This document shows positions 43,827-53,912 of a stretch of 64,000 nt of DNA, piece by piece (within the stretch, counting starts at the first letter, position 1; the number at the start of each line of letters is the position of its first letter). The DNA comes from Myxococcales bacterium. Its GTDB lineage: Bacteria > Myxococcota_A > Polyangia > Polyangiales > DASUME01. The notes beneath the pieces were generated by a model, which had not been told where the DNA came from, did no database searches, and saw nothing but the letters and a program-made list of their open reading frames with translations. The position numbers and the translations under genes are program-made. The stretch lies in contig JASGJH010000001.1 of assembly GCA_047601445.1 (NCBI GenBank), forward strand, positions 6,624,001 through 6,688,000, written 5' to 3'.

Positions 43827-44366
43827 ATGCGGGCGTCAGTGAAAGCTCGTCGGAGCTCGGCGTTGATGGGTTTTGGCCTGTTGATGTGCTCCTTCGCGCT
43901 GGGCCCGCTGAGCATGGGCCACGCTGAGTCCTCGGAGCCGAGCCACTCTGAAACGGTCCAGGCCAGAGAGACCCTGCGCCTGCGGATGGCCCACGACCGC
44001 CTCGCTGCGCGCGGCCTACGCTTGCAGGCTCCGGCGCTCACGATCGGTGCGGGCGTCGCCAGCATCGTGGGCGGGGCCGTGCTCGTGATTTTTTCCGGCG
44101 CTGGATACGATCCACCCGCCGGTTGCGACGGAGCTTGCGAGGGGTCCGAGTTCTCCCGTGCGCGCTTTGGCGCCGGGATCGGGCTGTTGACGCTCGGCGC
44201 AGCCGCGGTCGTGGTCGGCCTCCCCATGTTCGTGGTGCGGGTCGCACGTCGCCGCCGCATCCACACGCTGGAGCGGCTGCTGAGCGAACGCGGTGTCGAC
44301 CTGGCGCTCGCACCGCACTTCGCACCACGCGAGCAGGTCGGGCTCTCCGCCCGTCTGCGCTTCTGA
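43827..44366 (+). CDS. Hypothetical membrane protein
   Basis: Signal-like N-terminus, two TM segments flanking a Cys-pair loop, C-terminal RLRF. Confidence 0.6.
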   Translation: MRASVKARRSSALMGFGLLMCSFALGPLSMGHAESSEPSHSETVQARETLRLRMAHDRLAARGLRLQAPALTIGAGVASIVGGAVLVIFSGAGYDPPAGCDGACEGSEFSRARFGAGIGLLTLGAAAVVVGLPMFVVRVARRRRIHTLERLLSERGVDLALAPHFAPREQVGLSARLRF

Positions 44367-44369
44367 GCC

Positions 44370-45053
44370 CTACTGGACCGTGCCGCGACCCTGGGTGTTC
44401 TGGGTCTCGAGCTGTCCCAGCACCGTGGCCACGTAACCGGTGAGGCGCTTCACGCGTTCGGCCACGTCGAGCGTGTCGAGGATGTCCTGGCGTGCGTTCG
44501 GATCGGCCAGTAGTCGGTCGGCCAGGGTGTCGGCCACCTGTTGGGGCGGATCGTCTGGCTGGACGCCCAGACTGAAGTCGGGGTGCTGCCGGCGTACCAT
44601 GGCTGCTACCAACGAGGCGGTGGAGAGCAGGGTGGTCATGGCGTCGCGGCTGACGCGGTCCGTTCCACGCTTGGCCTCGAGGTGGTCCACACGCGCCCGG
44701 CGGAACGTCACCTCGCCCATGGGCAGCTCGTGCAAACGTGCCCGAAACAGGCCACGCAGCACCAAGTTGTAGCGGCCGTCGGCGAGCTCCTCGTGCTTCT
44801 CGATCTTCCCAACCGTGCAGATCTCATGCATCGGGGGGCAGCCGTCGTAATTTGCCTCATAGCCCGGTTTGAGCAGCGTGACGGCCATCACCATGCGGTC
44901 GGACTCGATGCAGGAGCGCATCATGGCGCGATAGCGAGGCTCGAAGATGTGCAGCGGCAGCTGGGTGCCCGGGAAGAACACCACGTTGGGCAAGGGAAAA
45001 ACGGGAATTTCGGCCAGCCAATCCAGTGGCAGGTAGGTGCTCGAGGAAGACAT
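44370..45053 (-). CDS. Stand-alone LON peptidase substrate-binding (LON_N) domain protein
   Basis: PVFPLPNVVFFPG, LPLHIFEPRYRAM, DGRYNLVLRG. Confidence 0.92.
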   Translation of the reverse strand: MSSSSTYLPLDWLAEIPVFPLPNVVFFPGTQLPLHIFEPRYRAMMRSCIESDRMVMAVTLLKPGYEANYDGCPPMHEICTVGKIEKHEELADGRYNLVLRGLFRARLHELPMGEVTFRRARVDHLEAKRGTDRVSRDAMTTLLSTASLVAAMVRRQHPDFSLGVQPDDPPQQVADTLADRLLADPNARQDILDTLDVAERVKRLTGYVATVLGQLETQNTQGRGTVQ

Positions 45054-45365
45054 GGTGACCGGGCTCGCTTCGAATGCCGAGGGCGATGACCATAGCCTCC
45101 AGGCTAGTGCTGGGTCAAACCGGCCCCGCGTCCCGGCCGTCCGAATCTCGGAGCCGAGCGTTCGGTGTGATTTCAGGCAACCGGTCCGGCGCGGGGACGA
45201 TAGAAGAGCACCACCGCGCTTGCCCTTCCGAACGAGGCTGTCAAAAGGGGGAGCGCGAGCGATTGGGCAAGGGGGCACCCGCGTGGGTCGTGCCTCCGAC
45301 TCCACGGACGCAGGCAGCGGCGGCCGCTTTGGAGGTACTCTGCGCGGCAGATAGGGAGAGGTTCG

Positions 45366-45746
45366 ATGAGCTCATCGATTCGTCCGCCAGGGGGATCCCC
45401 CCCGACCCCAACACCGGGTGGACCCGGAGAGTCGTCGCGGATTCGAGGGGCCGAGGCCGCAGAGCCCACGCGCCCCGCGGGAGGGGTCGACCAGGCGAGC
45501 CAGGTCGGAAGCACGCAGCAAGGGGCAGCGGCAGGCGGTGCCGAGTCGGCCACGGCGCGCTGGATTCGCAGGCTCGAGGCCGGAGAGGTCACGCGAACGG
45601 AAGCCATCGAAGGACTCGTGGCCCAGGCCGTGGAGCAGCGCGGGGGCCAGCGCCTGAGTCCTGCCGTGCGCGCGGAGCTCGAAGGGGTGCTGCGCGCCGC
45701 GTTGCTGGGGGATCCAGTGCTCGGCCGGTTGCTCGGAGGGCCATGA
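45366..45746 (+). CDS. Hypothetical protein
   Basis: GGGAGAGG RBS; disordered N-terminus, helical C-terminus; ATGA overlap with next gene. Confidence 0.65.
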   Translation: MSSSIRPPGGSPPTPTPGGPGESSRIRGAEAAEPTRPAGGVDQASQVGSTQQGAAAGGAESATARWIRRLEAGEVTRTEAIEGLVAQAVEQRGGQRLSPAVRAELEGVLRAALLGDPVLGRLLGGP

Positions 45747-47113
45747 ACCACGGCGCTGCCAGACCGCAGTACCGTGTCTCGATGAGCTACGGCGGGCTCG
45801 GGTCAAAGCGTGCTCTGCAGCTGGGACGCGTGGCGCTGGTCGCCGCGTGGGGCCTGTTGCTGGGGCCGCTGGCGGTCGCGCGCGCCGAGGCGGTGCCGGT
45901 GTACATCACGGCCAAGGCCGCCGATCCCGAGCTCAAGCTCGAGGCGCTCGAGGTGGCGGCCCTGGCGCGTGCGGCCTTGCTCGAGGCCCAGGGCTTCGAT
46001 TGGCAGACGGCGGACAGCCGCGTGCGCGGTGCCCAGAGCGTGGCTCGCGCGGCCCAAAAACGCGCGCTTGCGGGGCTGCGGCGCGGTCGCCAGGCCTACC
46101 TCAAGCTCGAGCTCGATGCCGCAGTGGCCGACTTCCGCGCCGCGCTCATCGACTGGGGCGCCGCGCAGCCGGTGCTCGATAGCCCGGAGCCCGTGGCAGA
46201 GACTCTGATGTATTTGGGCGCCTGTCACGTGCTGGCCGACGACCGCGAGCGCGCGGCGGAGGTGTTCACCCGCTACCACCAGCAGTTCGCGACGGTGCGC
46301 CCCAATTCCGGCCTGTTCAACCCGGCGATCATGCAGCAATGGGAGGCGGCCGGCGCGGCGCTGCGCAAGCGCCCCACGGGCACCCTCGATGTTCGTGTGA
46401 AGCCCGCCAGCGCAGTCGTCAGCGTGGACGGCCTGGCGCGCGGCACGGGCAATACGCGGGTCCCTCAGGTGCCGCCGGGCCGCCACTGGGTGCGCGGCGC
46501 GGGCCTGGGCAGTGAGGGTCGCACGCTCGAGGTGGTGGTCGAATCGGGCCGTGTGGCCAGCGCAAACCTGGGAGAACTGAGCGACAGCGCGGTGCTCCTG
46601 GACCTGTTCGAGCACGCCTCGAGCCCCAAGGGCGCGCAGGCGCTCGCGCAGGAGCTCGGCGTGCGGGCACTCGGGGTCATCGAGGTGCGTCGGGGCGAGA
46701 AACCAGGCGAGCTCGCGCTCGATTTGCGCAGCTTCGAGGGCGAGAGCGGGCGTGAGCAGGCGGCCTTCCAGCGGGTCCTCACGGGGGCTTTGGTCGAGCG
46801 CTCCCAGGCCATGCGCGGACTCGTCGCGGCCTGGCTCGACCGCGTGCTGAACGACGCGCCCCACGCGCCGCGTCCGGTCGCCCGGACCAGCGCGACCCGG
46901 CAGGCGACGCCGGCCGTTGCCATGGTGCCGCCAACGAGCGAGCGCAGCCGGCACGACGAGGCCAAGCCCGTCTGGTATCGCCGTTGGTGGGTCTGGGCCA
47001 TCGCCGGTGGCGCGCTGGCGGCCGGGGCCATCACCACCGCCTTGGTCGTCCAGAATCGTGACGACGCGCCCCCCGCGCCCTCCGACAAGGGCACCCTGGT
47101 GCTGCAGTTCTGA
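45743..47113 (+). CDS. Exported TPR + PEGA domain protein with C-terminal TM
   Basis: Signal ending ARA; PEGA-like PASAVVSVDG; PVWYRRWWVW followed by TM. Confidence 0.8.
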   Translation: MNHGAARPQYRVSMSYGGLGSKRALQLGRVALVAAWGLLLGPLAVARAEAVPVYITAKAADPELKLEALEVAALARAALLEAQGFDWQTADSRVRGAQSVARAAQKRALAGLRRGRQAYLKLELDAAVADFRAALIDWGAAQPVLDSPEPVAETLMYLGACHVLADDRERAAEVFTRYHQQFATVRPNSGLFNPAIMQQWEAAGAALRKRPTGTLDVRVKPASAVVSVDGLARGTGNTRVPQVPPGRHWVRGAGLGSEGRTLEVVVESGRVASANLGELSDSAVLLDLFEHASSPKGAQALAQELGVRALGVIEVRRGEKPGELALDLRSFEGESGREQAAFQRVLTGALVERSQAMRGLVAAWLDRVLNDAPHAPRPVARTSATRQATPAVAMVPPTSERSRHDEAKPVWYRRWWVWAIAGGALAAGAITTALVVQNRDDAPPAPSDKGTLVLQF

Positions 47114-47133
47114 CCCCGAAACGGGGACTCGAC

Positions 47134-47739
47134 TCAGTGCAGAAGGCCGCTCTGCTTGCGGTCCCGCAGGGCTGCGTAGACCTCGGGGCCGAAGCGTCGG
47201 GCCAGCTCGTTTTGCGCGATGGCGCGCTCCACCAGGAGCACCACCACCTGCTCGATGACCTCGAAGCGCACGGCGAGCCGGAAATAGTCGTCGGGGCTCA
47301 CATCACCGGTGCGCTCCAGGGCTTCGCGCACGAGCGGCTCCTCCTCCTTGAGCAGGGAGAGGTTGCTGCCATAGCCCTCGGTCTCGGACTGCACCACGGC
47401 CTCGAGCGCGATGCCGATGGGGTTGAAGGCGAGAAAACAGCGCTCGAACTCCAGGCGGCACTCGCTGAATTCGTCGCTTTCCCAGTGCCAGCGGCTCGGT
47501 CCGAGCTGCCGACGCACGACCTCGCCGAAGTAGGCCCCGGCTGCCGGGGCGACCAGACCCAGGATCTCCTCCTGCGACACGCCGTGGGCTCCTCGCAGAT
47601 AGTGATCGAGGATGGGCAGGGTGTCCGGGGTGTAGTCCAGCTCGATTCCCAGGGTCCGCTGAACGAAGCGCACACAGGAATCTGCGAGGTCGAGTACCAC
47701 CGACGGGGCCTCGGTGTCATCGGCAGCTTCGTTCGCCAT
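47134..47739 (-). CDS. Hypothetical protein (LDYT...GAYFGEV family, DUF3806/DUF6278-like)
   Basis: ELDYTPDTLPILD and AGAYFGEVVRR motifs. Confidence 0.7.
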   Translation of the reverse strand: MANEAADDTEAPSVVLDLADSCVRFVQRTLGIELDYTPDTLPILDHYLRGAHGVSQEEILGLVAPAAGAYFGEVVRRQLGPSRWHWESDEFSECRLEFERCFLAFNPIGIALEAVVQSETEGYGSNLSLLKEEEPLVREALERTGDVSPDDYFRLAVRFEVIEQVVVLLVERAIAQNELARRFGPEVYAALRDRKQSGLLH

Positions 47740-47817
47740 ATCCGTCCCAGCATAGCGCAGCGAGGCACAGGTCGCGCATAATGGCGCGGGGCCAAGGGAC
47801 AGGGGCCCGGGAGGCGC

Positions 47818-50292
47818 ATGGTCAGCGAGCAGGGGGCACGGCGGGGTAGTGGAGACGAGGGCCCCTACCAGGGCGCGCTCGGGCGAACTCGCGCGGAGAC
47901 CGTTCAGGTCTGGATGCCTGACGGCAAGGTGCGCGCGCTTTCCGTCTACGTGGGCGTGGACCGCTCCACCGATGCCGGGCTCGCGACGCTGGCGCGCTCG
48001 GGGGCACTCCATCACGTCGCCGAGGGAGTCGCGCTGGCCGTTCCATTCGTCTTTCATGATCCGGCGGCCCGCATGTTCTTGCTGGTGGTGCCGGAGGCGC
48101 TGCGACACCAGGCGCTCGCTCTGCGCGCGCAGTGGATGACGCGCCTGGCGTCCGACTCCGAGCACGCCGTGCCGAGCTACGTGCGCGACGTCGAAGTGGT
48201 GATCGGACATCAAGCGCTGGCGGCGCGCCTGGACGGTACGCTCGCGGTCTCGACGGCCGAGCTTCCGGATCCGGCCCTGTGGAGCGCGGCGCGCAGTGAG
48301 GCGCTCGAGGAGCGCGAGCGTGAAATCGCGCGGCGTGAGCGCGTCCTGGCATTGCGGGAAGAGGCGCTGCGCGTGCCGTCGCGCGCGGTGGAGGACACCG
48401 AGCTCGAAGAGGTCGACGACGACAGTACGCTCGCCTACGAGCGCGCCGTGGTGGAGGCGGAGCTCGAGGGCAATGCCGACGACGAATTCGAGAGCGTGGA
48501 CGCCGCGGCCGAAGACGAGCACGTGGTGGACGACGCCGACGACCAGGTGGAAGAGGTCGAGGACATCGAGGCCGAGTCGGTGGCGGTGGCTGAAGACGAT
48601 GGCAGCTACGACGACGACCTCGACGCCGTCGCGGGCGAGAGCACCACGGTGAGCGCCCTCGTCATCGACGACCGCCGTCTGTTCGCGGCGCCCGGCATCG
48701 AGAGTATCGGCGTCGCGCCCGAAGCCTTCGTGAACGATCCCGAGGTGCAGCTGTTCTTGAGCTGCATCGCCGGGCGCGTGTGGCTCTTCGTGCGCGGACG
48801 CCCGCCGTTCTTGCCCGCTGGCGCCGAGCTCGAGCTCCTCGTGCAGATCGATCCCAGCGCGGACGTGCTGGTGCCCCTCGTGACGCTGGTGTTCGACACC
48901 ATGGGCTCACCCGAGGTGCGCCGCGGTGTGGTCGACTGCATCGATCCCGAGCAGCGCGAGGCCCTGCGCGCGCTCGGGCGCGCCTTCGTGGTCGAGCTGG
49001 TGTCCTGGTCCCCCGACGGCAGTCTCGACCACTGGGCCACCCTCGAGGCACCCCGAGAGGCCAACGCGCGCGCCATCGTGGCCGCCCTCGAGGATCGACC
49101 CGAGCTGAGCCCCGCCCGCTTCCGCGGAGCCGGTGAGCGCCTGTTGGCCGCACCTCCTGCCTGGCGCGACCTCACCCATCCCTTCCAGTCCGATCGCGAC
49201 ATCGACCCGCCACTGACGGCCACCGAAGCGGCCGTGCTGCTCGACGAGCTCTCGGACTGGCTCACCCCCGAGCGGCGCGAGCGCGTGCGCCTCTCCCTCT
49301 GCGTGCCGGACGAGGTGGTGGATGAGCGCACCGTGCAGAGCCTGAATTACGCCCTGGACTGGGGCCTGGCCTTGCCGCCCCTGCTGGCCGAGCGCGCTCT
49401 GGCGCTGGGGGTCGCGGCCGACGAGGCCAGCCTCCTGATGCGGCGGATCGCGGGCCTCACCCGTACCTCGCGGGAGGTCGAGCTGGGCGGCCTCGAGGCC
49501 ACCGTGCTGCACCGTATGTGGTCGGAAGCATTGGAGCAGGCGGCCCGGCTCGGGGTGCCGCTCTCGGAAGACGCCCTGGGGGCCGCCAAGTTGCACGGCG
49601 GCGAGCGCGCACAGGTCCACGCCGACGCCCTGGCGCCCAGCCATGACCCGGACCTCGAGCCCCTGCGCGAGGAGCTGAGCGCTGCCGAACCCGACCCCGC
49701 GGTGCTGAGCGATCTGATGGCCCGCGGTGGCTATCGCGACCTCATCGACGCCTGCCGCGCGTCCGAGCGGCTGAGTCCCGAGGCCGCCGCCCGCCTGTTC
49801 GCGCAGGCCGCCCGCCGGCCCGACTCGGTGGCGGCCGATGCCCTGCTGTCCATGCTCACTTTGGCCGAACCCCTGCGGGTCCGGGCAGGTGCCGCCCTGG
49901 CGCTGGCGGAGCGCCGCTCAAGCGTAGCCATCGACGAATTGGCCCTGCGCGTCGCCAACGAGAGTGACGACGATTGGCCCATCTTCGCACGCGCCCTGGG
50001 GCGCTACGGCGCGGGCAGTTTCCGAGCAATTGCGCGCGCCCTCACCGAACACGCGGTTCCAGACGAGCGTTCGGTGCTCGTGCTCGCACACCTGGCGTTA
50101 CATGGCGCGCGCTCCCAGGTTCGTGCGAAAACCCGTGTAGAAGACGCCCATGAGGCCCAGCTCGCGACGCGCGCGCTGACCGTTGCCGGTGAGCTAAAGG
50201 GCGGAAAAAACCCAGGTCTAGGCCTTGAGCAGCAAGCCGCGTTGACAGTATTCTCCGAACTATTCGATCGCAGCCCACGCGACGCCGTATGA
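47818..50292 (+). CDS. Large hypothetical protein with acidic linker and HEAT-like C-terminus
   Basis: 824-aa ORF with GGAGG RBS; D/E-rich tract; Ala/Leu-rich helical end. Confidence 0.8.
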   Translation: MVSEQGARRGSGDEGPYQGALGRTRAETVQVWMPDGKVRALSVYVGVDRSTDAGLATLARSGALHHVAEGVALAVPFVFHDPAARMFLLVVPEALRHQALALRAQWMTRLASDSEHAVPSYVRDVEVVIGHQALAARLDGTLAVSTAELPDPALWSAARSEALEEREREIARRERVLALREEALRVPSRAVEDTELEEVDDDSTLAYERAVVEAELEGNADDEFESVDAAAEDEHVVDDADDQVEEVEDIEAESVAVAEDDGSYDDDLDAVAGESTTVSALVIDDRRLFAAPGIESIGVAPEAFVNDPEVQLFLSCIAGRVWLFVRGRPPFLPAGAELELLVQIDPSADVLVPLVTLVFDTMGSPEVRRGVVDCIDPEQREALRALGRAFVVELVSWSPDGSLDHWATLEAPREANARAIVAALEDRPELSPARFRGAGERLLAAPPAWRDLTHPFQSDRDIDPPLTATEAAVLLDELSDWLTPERRERVRLSLCVPDEVVDERTVQSLNYALDWGLALPPLLAERALALGVAADEASLLMRRIAGLTRTSREVELGGLEATVLHRMWSEALEQAARLGVPLSEDALGAAKLHGGERAQVHADALAPSHDPDLEPLREELSAAEPDPAVLSDLMARGGYRDLIDACRASERLSPEAAARLFAQAARRPDSVAADALLSMLTLAEPLRVRAGAALALAERRSSVAIDELALRVANESDDDWPIFARALGRYGAGSFRAIARALTEHAVPDERSVLVLAHLALHGARSQVRAKTRVEDAHEAQLATRALTVAGELKGGKNPGLGLEQQAALTVFSELFDRSPRDAV

Positions 50293-50353
50293 TGGTGTAG
50301 TAGGCGTCGACAGAGCTACGTGGGTAGCCTAAGAAGGGAGCACTCAAGCACCT

Positions 50354-51091
50354 ATGCGTCTCGCTATCTTCAGTGACGTACACGCCAACATCGAGGCCCT
50401 CTCGGCCGTGATGGAGAGGGTGCGTCACGAGGGCGTCGACAAGTGCTTCTGTCTGGGCGACGTCGTGGGTTACGGCGCCAGCCCCAACGAGTGCTGCGAT
50501 GTCGTCAAGCGCGTTGCCGAAGTCACGATCCTCGGCAACCACGATGCGGCCGTCGCAGGCCGCATGGACTACTCGTATTACTACGAGGCCGCGCGCCACG
50601 CGCTCGATACCCACGCGGGCATGCTCACGCGCGAGAACATGGCCTGGCTCAAGACGTTGCCCTACAAGCACCGTATCGAGGGCACGGGCGTGGACCTCTG
50701 CCATGGCTCCCCGCTGCGCCTCGAAGAGTTCGAGTACATCTTCGCACCCGAGCAGGCGCGCGAGTGCCTGCAAATCTGGGAAGACCTCAACCACATCACG
50801 CTCATCGGACACTCGCATCTGTGCAAGGTGTTCGCGCTGCGCCCCAACATGGTGCGCGAGCTGACTCCGCAGACGTTCCGCCTCGAAGAGGGCACCAAGT
50901 ACATCGTGAGCGTGGGCTCGGTGGGGCAGCCGCGGGACTACGACAACCGCGCGAGCTTCACCATCTACGACAGCGAAGAGAAGATCTTCGAGTTCCACCG
51001 CGTGGAGTACGACATCGAAGCGGCGGCCAACCGCATCTTCGCGGGCTCCCTCGAGCGCAACTTCGGGCATCGTCTGTTCATCGGCGTCTGA
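50354..51091 (+). CDS. Calcineurin-like metallophosphoesterase
   Basis: SDVHAN, LGDVVGYG, GNHD, HGSP, GHSH, GSVGQPRD. Confidence 0.95.
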   Translation: MRLAIFSDVHANIEALSAVMERVRHEGVDKCFCLGDVVGYGASPNECCDVVKRVAEVTILGNHDAAVAGRMDYSYYYEAARHALDTHAGMLTRENMAWLKTLPYKHRIEGTGVDLCHGSPLRLEEFEYIFAPEQARECLQIWEDLNHITLIGHSHLCKVFALRPNMVRELTPQTFRLEEGTKYIVSVGSVGQPRDYDNRASFTIYDSEEKIFEFHRVEYDIEAAANRIFAGSLERNFGHRLFIGV

Positions 51092-51676
51092 GCCCGCGAG
51101 CACAGCGTCAGGCGCGGTGCCTGCGACGCGCACGCAGGCACGCGCGGCGAGTCTTGCGCGCGCGCGAACGCACGTGGACATGACCATGCCCGCGCACCAG
51201 GAGATACGAACAGGTCGTGCTGCGCAGCGTGGGGTGGAAGACCCAGCGTTTACGCACGATGCTAGCCGCGGTCACGAGGACCTCGAGCCGCTCGCCTCGA
51301 CCGCCGCGAGGGGGGCGCGCTTGGCGGGTGATGCGCGCGTAGGTTGCATGAGATGGCGGAGCCGGGGTCGTCCTTGCATGCAGGTCGTATCGGTCGGTGG
51401 CGCGGCGGGTTGCTCGAAATCTCCTCGTGTCCCGTGGCCTTCTGTTCGCTTCGCTCGCGGTCTCACCCCAGATCCCTCTGACGCGGCCGGACTGGGAAAA
51501 ATTCCGAGTCCCGGCGAAAAAAATCCTGGGGGCGAGCCGAATCTGGCCGGGAGCCTCCGTAAGAAAGTCGTGTGTGTCCGCCGCCCGCGACGAGCTCTCG
51601 CAGTGGGCCCGCTGGTTGCTTCGTGAGGCTCGACCCGACGTGGGCAAGCGCGGGTCTACGTGAGGAGAGGTTCCGT

Positions 51677-52099
51677 TTGAGTGCTCCCTGTCGTCTGTCT
51701 CCCGAGCTGCAGCATTTCTTGAGCTATCGCGTTGGATCGCTCGAGTGCTTGCAGGTGCTCGCCGCCTTGTGTGCCCGGCGCAAGCGTGGGGCGCTTGCGG
51801 TGCAGGTCGCGGCGACGCTCGATATCTCGGAGGTCGCCGCCATGGTGGCGCTCGAGCAGCTCGTGGCTTCGGGACTTGCCGAAGTCGTGACTGGCTTGAC
51901 AGGCCCCAGCTATCGGCTGGCCTGCTGCCAGCCCGAAGAGGAGCGTGTGCTCGAGGAGTTGATGTTCGTCTACTGGAACGCGCGGGTCGATCTGTTGGCC
52001 GAGATGGCGGGGAACTCTCTCAAGCGTGTGCGCTTCCACGCCCATCAGCTGCTGCGAGGGGCCCTCCGCCTGCAGCGGGCTCCGCTCGCGCAGGGATAG
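51677..52099 (+). CDS. Small hypothetical protein with winged-HTH-like pattern
   Basis: GAGGAG RBS before TTG; VAATLDISE...ALEQLVASGL. Confidence 0.55.
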   Translation: MSAPCRLSPELQHFLSYRVGSLECLQVLAALCARRKRGALAVQVAATLDISEVAAMVALEQLVASGLAEVVTGLTGPSYRLACCQPEEERVLEELMFVYWNARVDLLAEMAGNSLKRVRFHAHQLLRGALRLQRAPLAQG

Positions 52100-52142
52100 C
52101 GAGCGCCCGCGCGGGGCGCGAGATGGTCTACAATCGCGGGTC

Positions 52143-53276
52143 ATGCGCTTCGTGCGCTTCATCCCCAAACTCTCCTCCTGGGTCGTCCTGCTCGCTCTGC
52201 ACGCGCCTGGCCTCGCGCGCGCGGAGTCTGCGACGCAGCCGGTGCGAAAAAAAGCACCGCGGACCGCCGCCGCGCCGTCCGCAGCGCAACCCACCAGCAC
52301 ACTGCGCCAGCGTGCGCAGTCCGGCCTCTATGCACCCGGCACGCCCTACTACCCGGAGCGCTATTGGGCACTCGAGAAGAAGCTCGGCGTGCGCGCGGAG
52401 ATCGTGTCGGGCTTCGTGGACTTCGAGTACGTGTTCGGGGAGCCGCGTGATCTCGCGCTCTCGCTCAAGGGCAAACGCAAGCTGCTCTACAGCTGGGAGC
52501 CGCACTGCGTGGGCGAGGGCACGCCCGAGCAGAGCTGCACCGACTTCCGCGCCGTGATCGACGGCAAGCTCGACGAGTACTTCGAGCGCATTGCGTTGAG
52601 CATGCAGAGCTACCCGGGTGAGATTTACGTGCGACCCTGGGCGGAGCTGAACGCTCCGTGGTCGCCCTATCGACCTGGCTCCTCGAGTTCACGCGCTGGC
52701 ACCCGCGACGAGTTCATCGCGGCTTGGCGCCATTTGGTGAAGTTCTTTCGCACGCGCGGCATCAACAACCTGCGCTTCGTGTTCTCGCCGGACGCCAACG
52801 AGGACGCCGAGACGGTGCCCGTGGCGAGCTTGTTTCCCGGCACCGAGTTCGTGGATGTGCTCGGCATCGATGGCTACAACTGGGGCGACGGCGGTCGCGA
52901 TGGCAACACCAGCTGGCGCGAGTTCGACGGCGTGTTTGCGGACATGTACCGGCGCTTGACGGCCTTGCATCCGAATGCGCCGGTGTGGATCTGCGAGTTC
53001 GGATTGAAGGAGCCCAAACGTGACGACGGCAGCGCGGAGAGCCCGGCGCCCACGGACCCCAAGCACGACAAGGCTCAGTGGCTCGAGCGCGCGCTGAACT
53101 CGAGCGAGTTCCCCCATCTCGCGGCGCTGGTGTTCTACAGCTCGCGGCCAGCGAGCGGATACCAGCGTGACTTCAACGTGGACTCGTCAGCAGGTTCGCT
53201 GCGGGCCACGCGCGCGTGGTTCAAGTACCGGCAGGGGGTGAAGCGAGGGAAAAGACCCGGAAGTAGCTCAAGATGA
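52143..53276 (+). CDS. Secreted glycoside hydrolase family 26-like protein
   Basis: SWEP, RPWAELN, VDVLGIDGYNWG, ICEFG; signal ending ARA. Confidence 0.85.
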   Translation: MRFVRFIPKLSSWVVLLALHAPGLARAESATQPVRKKAPRTAAAPSAAQPTSTLRQRAQSGLYAPGTPYYPERYWALEKKLGVRAEIVSGFVDFEYVFGEPRDLALSLKGKRKLLYSWEPHCVGEGTPEQSCTDFRAVIDGKLDEYFERIALSMQSYPGEIYVRPWAELNAPWSPYRPGSSSSRAGTRDEFIAAWRHLVKFFRTRGINNLRFVFSPDANEDAETVPVASLFPGTEFVDVLGIDGYNWGDGGRDGNTSWREFDGVFADMYRRLTALHPNAPVWICEFGLKEPKRDDGSAESPAPTDPKHDKAQWLERALNSSEFPHLAALVFYSSRPASGYQRDFNVDSSAGSLRATRAWFKYRQGVKRGKRPGSSSR

Positions 53277-53345
53277 CGAGAGCCGAGAGCGCGCGCACGC
53301 TTTGCATCCTGGCGCGATTTACCCCGCTGCACTAGGTAACCCGCC

Positions 53346-53876
53346 ATGCGCCAACGCCTCGTGTTTTTGGGCACTCTCGTCGTCCTGTGGTTCAGCTTCA
53401 CGAGCGGGCATGCACAAGACGGTGGACGCCTCGACCCTGGTAAGCAGGTGCAGCGCGACGTGTCAGCGATCCTGCACAGCTTGTATCGAGGGGAAGTCGA
53501 GGTGGTGCTGCGGTACACGCATCCCGCCATCGTGCAGATGCTTGGCGGCCCGGACAAGGCACGTCGTGCCTTGAACGACGGTGCCGCGCAGATGGCGAAG
53601 GCCGAAATGAAGATCGAGTCGCTATCATTTCCCCGGTCGCCGGAATTTTTTGACGGCGGGCAACGACGATTTGTCTTTGTGCCGACGTTGCTGATCATCG
53701 TGGCGAAGGGCGCGCGCATCGAGAGCCTGAATTTTCAGCTCGGCATCTTGGAACCTGGCAAGACTGATTGGAAGTACGTCGAAGGTTCCCGCGTCACGCC
53801 CGAGAACGCGCAAGCCCTCTTTCCAGGATTTCCCAAGGAGCGCGCGCTGCCGCCTTTCTACAGGAAGAGGATCTAG
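53346..53876 (+). CDS. Hypothetical secreted protein
   Basis: Signal peptide ending GHA; compact 176-aa ORF. Confidence 0.65.
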   Translation: MRQRLVFLGTLVVLWFSFTSGHAQDGGRLDPGKQVQRDVSAILHSLYRGEVEVVLRYTHPAIVQMLGGPDKARRALNDGAAQMAKAEMKIESLSFPRSPEFFDGGQRRFVFVPTLLIIVAKGARIESLNFQLGILEPGKTDWKYVEGSRVTPENAQALFPGFPKERALPPFYRKRI

Positions 53877-53912
53877 GCTGCGCCGACTCGGGCCACCGTT
53901 GCCACCACTCCG

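Noticed and set aside
41969..44266. 765-aa antisense ORF
   Set aside because: Mirror frame of the PhoX-like gene; it also runs across a clear terminator
45074..45742. N-terminal extension of the PEGA protein ORF
   Set aside because: Overlaps the 45366-45746 gene; the ATG at 45743 has an RBS and is followed by a signal peptide
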